64,000 bases of DNA from a virus. Lineage: Duplodnaviria > Caudoviricetes. The stretch lies in IMG/VR virus record IMGVR_UViG_3300009370_001679, positions 14,606 through 78,605 of that record. One strand, 5' to 3'. Below, one piece after another: positions 58,598 to 64,000 of this stretch; position 1 is the first letter of the stretch, and the number at the start of each line of letters is the position of its first letter. Both the position numbers and the translations under genes were made by a program. Below the pieces are notes generated by a model. That model ran no database searches, was not told the DNA's origin, and saw nothing but the letters and a program-made list of their open reading frames with translations.

Positions 58598-59027
58598 CGG
58601 TGTTCCTCAATTTTGAAAAAAGTGTTTTCTTGCCAAATGTTTTTCTTGGCTGAGACTCTATATTATCTCTAGATACTTCTGTTACTTCAATTTTTTGTTT
58701 GGGTTGTCGGTCTAGAACTGACTTATGTTTTTCTACCGCTTCTCTTACCCATTTAGGAGATGCCGAGTACACTCGCTTATTTGTATTGATAATATAATCA
58801 AATACTGCTGACTCCCCAAACTTTCCTATTAGGGTGCTAACGGCCTGTACCTGTCTGGTATAATTTTTCTTTTGGGTCTTATTCCAGAACTTGTAAGCCA
58901 AAGAGCCCTTATTGTCGGCCTCTGCTTTTCTCTGGATGAGTATCTCTGCTATGTATTGAGCGACCGTGCAATACTCACCCGTTGAGGGTGACTTGAACCT
59001 GCTCGCTTTGCTTCTTTGTCTCGCCAT
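58578..59027 (-). CDS. Hypothetical protein, basic
   Basis: ORF in the tightly packed operon. Confidence 0.6.
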   Translation of the reverse strand: MARQRSKASRFKSPSTGEYCTVAQYIAEILIQRKAEADNKGSLAYKFWNKTQKKNYTRQVQAVSTLIGKFGESAVFDYIINTNKRVYSASPKWVREAVEKHKSVLDRQPKQKIEVTEVSRDNIESQPRKTFGKKTLFSKLRNTDGKNQE

Positions 59028-59484
59028 CTCGCCATATCATAAAAGAAAGGTTTTCTTGAGTAGCTTTTCTTTTCTGTGAAAAATCTTCAAACTCACATTC
59101 AGGCCAGCTATATTTTTTAACATCAACTCGTTCTAGGCTGTCCTCTAATAATCCGAATGTCATATGTTGATATGATGGGCCATCCCCAGTAACCATATCT
59201 ATATCCTTAGAAAACCCTCTAGCAATAAAGAATCCATCTAAACCATTCTCATCTTCAAACACAACCTCTTCAGGAGCACCCATAACAATTACCTGAGCTT
59301 TTGCTACGCACCGCCCATTCTCTTTGCAGAACTCTTGAAGTCTAACCCATGGACTTTCGGGAACTCCGGGACGCTCATAGTCGCCCCACACAACAGTTCC
59401 ATCGTCTAGAGTGCACTTCCAAGTCATGGAAATATCTTCCATTATGAGTTTACGTATATGCTCGTCTCTAACCGTGCAAATCAT
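58975..59484 (-). CDS. Hypothetical protein
   Basis: AAGGA RBS before MICTV start. Confidence 0.6.
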   Translation of the reverse strand: MICTVRDEHIRKLIMEDISMTWKCTLDDGTVVWGDYERPGVPESPWVRLQEFCKENGRCVAKAQVIVMGAPEEVVFEDENGLDGFFIARGFSKDIDMVTGDGPSYQHMTFGLLEDSLERVDVKKYSWPECEFEDFSQKRKATQENLSFMIWRDGETKKQSEQVQVTLNG

Positions 59485-59485
59485 A

Positions 59486-59812
59486 TTATTTATCCTTAAT
59501 TCTATGAATTGCCCCTCTATGTCGTCGGGCAACATTTACCTCTTCTGGTTTATCTTCTTCTAGCTTGGTGGCCTTGGACTCATCTCCAAGCATGGAAGCT
59601 TGCTCTGTCATTGTGACAGCTCCGTACTTCTCATTTCTACCCATTAGATCACCCGCTTTTGGCAATTCAGGAACATCTTCCTGTTTAGATAGCTCTTTGC
59701 TGACAACGTTTTCCGATCTATCTAATACCTCTGCAATATCTGCAACGCTATCTTTGCTATGTTCAGCAATATAAGCCTGCTCTTTTTTTGAAAGTCTGCC
59801 TTTTTTAGTCAT
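59486..59812 (-). CDS. HTH-containing hypothetical protein
   Basis: SVADIAEVLDRSENVVSK helix-turn-helix pattern. Confidence 0.6.
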   Translation of the reverse strand: MTKKGRLSKKEQAYIAEHSKDSVADIAEVLDRSENVVSKELSKQEDVPELPKAGDLMGRNEKYGAVTMTEQASMLGDESKATKLEEDKPEEVNVARRHRGAIHRIKDK

Positions 59813-60148
59813 TTAATTAATCTCCATTAATGCTCTTCTTGCTCTTGTCAAAAAGATTCTTTCAGAATTTGTAATGTATTGCATATAATAATTATATACA
59901 TCCTCATTTACTTTTTTAAAGTCAAAGTATGGTCTACTGTGTTTGCCTCTATCTGTACCTAGTGGGTCTAGAAGGTCTCCTCGACCATACTTAATGTAGT
60001 AAGTCATGAAGCCTCCATTGTCAACAACCTTAACGAAGGCATCGCTCTCTTTGGATTCTTCACCGCCCACACCAAAAAATGTATAAACTTTTTTCTCTGG
60101 GTCTGGTAAATTTAGACTCTCTAGGTTCTCGTTTTCCCATCTAGCCAT
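59813..60148 (-). CDS. Hypothetical protein
   Basis: Coupled ORF. Confidence 0.6.
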   Translation of the reverse strand: MARWENENLESLNLPDPEKKVYTFFGVGGEESKESDAFVKVVDNGGFMTYYIKYGRGDLLDPLGTDRGKHSRPYFDFKKVNEDVYNYYMQYITNSERIFLTRARRALMEIN

Positions 60149-60365
60149 TGAATTTCTCCAATCTCTTTTTAATGTTATCTATGCATGATGCCCTATCAAC
60201 CCCATCAACTTTAATGGCGGCCTTTGGGGCGATTCCATATTTGTTTAGCTCTTCTGTGGAAACAGGAATGGGGTCTAAGCTACCGTCTTTCAGTACTTTG
60301 TGAACGACAATAGTAAAATCAATAATTGCCGCATGTGGAATATCAGCTCGGTTAGTTTCACTCAT
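60141..60365 (-). CDS. Hypothetical protein, 74 aa
   Basis: Coupled ORF (TAATG overlap). Confidence 0.55.
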   Translation of the reverse strand: MSETNRADIPHAAIIDFTIVVHKVLKDGSLDPIPVSTEELNKYGIAPKAAIKVDGVDRASCIDNIKKRLEKFNG

Positions 60366-60706
60366 TAGTCACCATTCTCTATATAGTTACGTTTTTGTTG
60401 GGGTGTCATTTTATTTATTTTGTTTCTAATCGCGTTAGCTTCTTTGTTCTTTTTATGTACGTCCATATTGTCAGCCTTCCGACGGTCTTGGAGTTCATAA
60501 TGCCCCATTTTTTGAGTATTTCTATCAGCGAGCTGCTGAACAGTGGTGGGCTCACCCTTAACAAAACTAAGAGGGGCCTGTAGAATAACCCTGCCATATG
60601 TGCTAGAAGCACATTCTGGGCATGTATTAACCTCTTTCTCAGAGAATTTTTGAAACATTTCTTCTAGGTGTCCACACTCGGAACACTCATAATCATAGGT
60701 AGGCAT
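60365..60706 (-). CDS. FmdB-family zinc-ribbon protein
   Basis: MPTYDYECSECGH...CPEC signature. Confidence 0.85.
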   Translation of the reverse strand: MPTYDYECSECGHLEEMFQKFSEKEVNTCPECASSTYGRVILQAPLSFVKGEPTTVQQLADRNTQKMGHYELQDRRKADNMDVHKKNKEANAIRNKINKMTPQQKRNYIENGD

Positions 60707-60738
60707 ATTCACTCCGCAACAAAAGGTATGTCTATGAT

Positions 60739-60767
60739 ATTATAGACTTAGCCCTCCATTTCGGCAA
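60739..60767 (-). promoter_or_regulatory. Sigma70-type promoter driving the recombination/replication block
   Basis: TTGCCG-N17-TATAAT on the - strand in the intergenic gap. Confidence 0.7.
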
Positions 60768-60769
60768 GA

Positions 60770-61057
60770 TCATTCTGAAGATTTTTCGAGAATTTTTTCG
60801 TCCTCATTTTGGCTATCTAGCTTCTCGTACCGATCTCTAGTTTCTCGGAGCCATTCTTGTTCTTTCTCTCTACTCTCTCTAAGTTGGAGGTTCAAGAGTA
60901 CATCTATTTGCCTTGCTTGGTACATATGTAAGACGTATATATTAGTTATTTCTTTTCTTATGTTGTTTATACTATAAGTTAAGGCCCACATTCCAGAGGC
61001 GATGGCAATTAAAAGGGCTGCACGCACATAAGGAGCTACTGATTTTAGCAGTTTCAT
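60770..61057 (-). CDS. Membrane-anchored coiled-coil hypothetical protein
   Basis: N-terminal hydrophobic helix followed by a charged helix. Confidence 0.6.
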   Translation of the reverse strand: MKLLKSVAPYVRAALLIAIASGMWALTYSINNIRKEITNIYVLHMYQARQIDVLLNLQLRESREKEQEWLRETRDRYEKLDSQNEDEKILEKSSE

Positions 61058-61082
61058 TTACTCAGTCCTTATTTTAATGTTG

Positions 61083-61793
61083 TTAAAAGTACTTGACGGG
61101 ATTCGCATCTTCATCTGTATCTTCCTTTTTATTTAGCTGTACTAATATTTTGGAAACAATGTCACTCCGAACGATGTCCTCATAATCCAGTCTACAAACA
61201 CCAACATTCGGGATTTCCGAAAGTTTTTTCATGCATGTATATAACCCTCCCTGCTGACCGCCCAAGTCTGATTGTCTTAAATCCCCATTGATGACGGCCT
61301 TTGATCGCTGCCCTATTCTCGTAATGAACATTTTAATCTGATCAAAAGTGGCGTTTTGCGCCTCATCTAAAATCATAAAACATCCATGAAAGTTTCTACC
61401 CCTCATATACTCTAAAGGACAAAGCTCAATGATGTTCTTCTTTCTATATGCTTCTACTGTCGCTTTGGTGAGATATTTATTCATCTCTTCAAGTATAGGT
61501 ATTAAATAAGGGTTTATCTTTTCCACTAAGGTTCCGGGAAGATGACCCAAACCCCTACCGCTTTCCACTACGGGGCGAGTAATAATAATCTTATCTACTT
61601 TCTTTTCTATAAGGTATTCACAGGCCATTCCGACAGAAACGCTAGTTTTGCCTGAGCCAGCAGGGCCAGAACAAAAAGTCACGTCGGACTTGTTGATAAA
61701 CCCCATATAGTTTTCTTGGTTCCGTGTCTTAGGTCTTAATATTTTTCTTCTTTGTCTTGTTGTTCGTGGCTTCTTTTGGTTACGTTTTGCCAT
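61083..61793 (-). CDS. phoH: PhoH-family ATPase
   Basis: GPAGSGKT, RPVVE, LGHLPG, YMRGR, DEAQN and GDLRQSD. Confidence 0.93.
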   Translation of the reverse strand: MAKRNQKKPRTTRQRRKILRPKTRNQENYMGFINKSDVTFCSGPAGSGKTSVSVGMACEYLIEKKVDKIIITRPVVESGRGLGHLPGTLVEKINPYLIPILEEMNKYLTKATVEAYRKKNIIELCPLEYMRGRNFHGCFMILDEAQNATFDQIKMFITRIGQRSKAVINGDLRQSDLGGQQGGLYTCMKKLSEIPNVGVCRLDYEDIVRSDIVSKILVQLNKKEDTDEDANPVKYF

Positions 61794-61816
61794 TAATTAT
61801 ATGCTCAGTTAAAGGT

Positions 61817-62089
61817 TTATATTTCAGTAATTCTTAGTTCTTCTTGGCATTCAGGACACAGCCCTACGGTATCCCCTTCATGAAGCCCTTCTTTATGTGG
61901 ACCTATTAAGATCGCCTGTAGGATTATGCTTTGTCTTATTTTACTGTCCTCCACCAGACTGTCTAATGCGGGAATACTAAGGGAGGGTAATGGTTTTTCC
62001 TTATTTAGCTCCATAAAAGAGCAAACTGTAAGAACTATATTGGCTACCGACAGAAATATAATTGAATAGACTGCTTTTTTGGGGGTCAT
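61817..62089 (-). CDS. Membrane-anchored hypothetical protein (H...H...CPEC)
   Basis: AAGGAG RBS before MTPKK; N-terminal TM. Confidence 0.6.
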   Translation of the reverse strand: MTPKKAVYSIIFLSVANIVLTVCSFMELNKEKPLPSLSIPALDSLVEDSKIRQSIILQAILIGPHKEGLHEGDTVGLCPECQEELRITEI

Positions 62090-62090
62090 G

Positions 62091-62732
62091 TTATCTCCTT
62101 TCGTTAAAAGATTGTGCTGAACCTGTTGAAAAATTAAAAGTGTGAACTTTTCCAACTCCCATCATTATAGGAGTGTTGGGTGTTGTTATCCTCACGTATC
62201 TGCGGTCTGCGGATACAATAGGGGACACCGATAAGCTGGCCCCCTGTGGAAGTATAGATATAATAGGGTGATACCCAACCCCTCTTTGCCCTAGAGTAGG
62301 TGTTCTGTTAAACATTAGGGCTTTCCTGTCTCTAGCAAGCTCTCGTGTCGCAGGAGTATCTTCTAGGCTATTGAGCTTTTCCCTGAGAGACAACTCTCTT
62401 TCTTTTGGGATATATCTCTCAACCTCTAACATTATTCTCTTCATCTCTATTTCGGGAGTTTTATTGGATTGCATGGCTATCTTAATCCCCTCCCTCATCC
62501 ATGGCTGAGTCTGCCCATTCCTCATAGCAAAAAGCATTATATCAATAGAGTCCTTGACAAGAAGCTTGGCCTGCTCAACCTTCCCTTGGTTGTACAGGTT
62601 GTGAGCCTGAATCATTTTAAGTTGAACGGTAAGTCTTACCTGTTCCTTGCTTTGTGGTTCTTGTGCGACTAGAGTAGTCGAAAACAAAACCATCCCCAAG
62701 AGGATTAAAGATTTCTTAATTATACCTATCAT
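62091..62732 (-). CDS. Secreted protein with Planctomycete-type VSADRRYVR motif
   Basis: Signal peptide (MIGIIKKSLILLGMVLFSTTLVA) and C-terminal GYHPIISILPQGASLSVSPIVSADRRYVRI. Confidence 0.65.
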   Translation of the reverse strand: MIGIIKKSLILLGMVLFSTTLVAQEPQSKEQVRLTVQLKMIQAHNLYNQGKVEQAKLLVKDSIDIMLFAMRNGQTQPWMREGIKIAMQSNKTPEIEMKRIMLEVERYIPKERELSLREKLNSLEDTPATRELARDRKALMFNRTPTLGQRGVGYHPIISILPQGASLSVSPIVSADRRYVRITTPNTPIMMGVGKVHTFNFSTGSAQSFNERR

Positions 62733-63943
62733 GCAAACAGCTCCTTGATAACTTTGCCACTGTTGGCAATCTTCATAGGTCTTCCGCTATTGCTAGTAAA
62801 GGTTGTACTCAAAGAAATGCCTAGCGCTTTGCAGACAGATGCCATAACATCCTGAGATGTATAAGGGTCTGTTATAACCTTGGTGCCATCATCGCTTGTT
62901 GCTCCTACTGCAATGCCGCCATTCATGCCTGCTCCACCAACCACGACGCTCCAACTACGAGCCCAGTGATCGCGACCGGCGTTTCCATTGATACGAGGAG
63001 TACGGCTGAATTCACCCATCCAGATAATAGCCGTATCTTTTAACAACTCTCTTTGTTCAAGGTCTTCAACCAGCGCACTCATCCCTTGGTCGAGTACGGG
63101 TAGTTTATTGTCTTTAAGTGTCGGGTGGATATTTTGGTGATTATCCCATCCTCCTAAATTAACTTCAATAAAGGGAACTCCAACTCCGACAAGCCTTCTT
63201 GCCATTAGGCAGCCCTTACCAAATCCATTATCTCCGTATCTTTCTTTAACGGGTTCAGGTTCGCCTGCAATCTTAAAGGCCTCCATCTGCTCGCTTGTAA
63301 GAAGATTAAACGTTTGCTTTAATACCGACTGGTGATCCTTAGCAAGAGAGCCTCTTTTCTGATTAATGAAATTACTTTCTATGAGGTCAAGAGCATAAGC
63401 TCTCTGTATAAGTCTTTCGTCCACCTTCATATCTAGGTTTCTTATTCTACCATCACTATTGACAGAAAAGGGATTATATTGGGCGCCAAGAAAACCTGCC
63501 CCCATACTACCTCCTCCGACAGTAACAAACTGAGGTATTTCAATATCGTCTCGTCGCAACTGATGAGACAGCAAAGAGCCATAGCTAGGGTGTTCAATAG
63601 ATGGGTTAGGAACATAGCCCGTATGCATATAGTATCGTCCTCGCATATGGTCTGCCTCGCGAGTACTCATCGACCGAATAATAGCCATGTTGTGCATCTG
63701 CTTGGCCATCAATGGCATGTGCTCGCAAATCTGGACATCTCCTGTTGTGCCAATTGGTCTAAACGGCCCTCCGGTTGCGGCGTTTGGTTTTAGATCCCAA
63801 ATATCCATAGTAGACGGCCCTCCACCCATCCATAGTAAAATGGCGGATTTCCCATTTTTCTTTATCTCTTCCTGATTAGCTTTTAGGGTTTGGAGAAGCC
63901 CAAGGACACCAGCGGTGCTCGTTAAAAATTCTCTTCTTTTCAT
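62729..63943 (-). CDS. DUF1501 family protein with Tat signal
   Basis: MKRREFL twin-Arg signal, LWMGGGPSTMDIWDLKP, CLMARRLV..GV.F, GWDNH and GEFSRTPRIN...GRDHW. Confidence 0.88.
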   Translation of the reverse strand: MKRREFLTSTAGVLGLLQTLKANQEEIKKNGKSAILLWMGGGPSTMDIWDLKPNAATGGPFRPIGTTGDVQICEHMPLMAKQMHNMAIIRSMSTREADHMRGRYYMHTGYVPNPSIEHPSYGSLLSHQLRRDDIEIPQFVTVGGGSMGAGFLGAQYNPFSVNSDGRIRNLDMKVDERLIQRAYALDLIESNFINQKRGSLAKDHQSVLKQTFNLLTSEQMEAFKIAGEPEPVKERYGDNGFGKGCLMARRLVGVGVPFIEVNLGGWDNHQNIHPTLKDNKLPVLDQGMSALVEDLEQRELLKDTAIIWMGEFSRTPRINGNAGRDHWARSWSVVVGGAGMNGGIAVGATSDDGTKVITDPYTSQDVMASVCKALGISLSTTFTSNSGRPMKIANSGKVIKELFA

Positions 63944-64000
63944 TATAACTCTTCCTTTAAATTAAATAATTAATTCTTGTCTTACTTTACCGCCGTCTAT

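Noticed and set aside
28456-63875. Short + strand ORFs opposite the minus-arm genes
   Set aside because: Antisense shadows of well-supported genes.
1-64000. Alternative genetic code (stop-codon reassignment)
   Set aside because: Genes are full length and tightly packed under the standard code, and TAA, TAG and TGA all serve as stops.

Overview
The window reads as a 64-kb piece of a large tailed-phage (Caudoviricetes-like) genome, with no rRNA, tRNA or CRISPR seen. The + strand (1-26592) carries a virion/tail module: a 5'-truncated tape-measure-like protein, a 3034-aa propeller/fibre protein and several Cys-rich tail proteins. It converges at back-to-back intrinsic terminators on a long - strand arm. 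That arm holds a 19-gene, 16.5-kb glycan biosynthesis cluster (ColD-type dehydratase, Fcl/ColC reductase, GT10, GT25, GT47, GT2, GT4, FkbM-like), a sigma factor and SSB. It continues with a DnaE polymerase split into two intein-free genes around an exonuclease and a sulfotransferase, then primase, DnaB, RecA, PhoH, and two genes with Planctomycete-type signatures (DUF1501; VSADRRYVR motif) that suggest a Planctomycetota host. The most notable signals are an apparent window-wide absence of CCWGG, the large phage glycosylation/sulfation system, the split DnaE, and a thrice-repeated module in the tape measure. All assignments come from motif recognition by eye; no searches were run.
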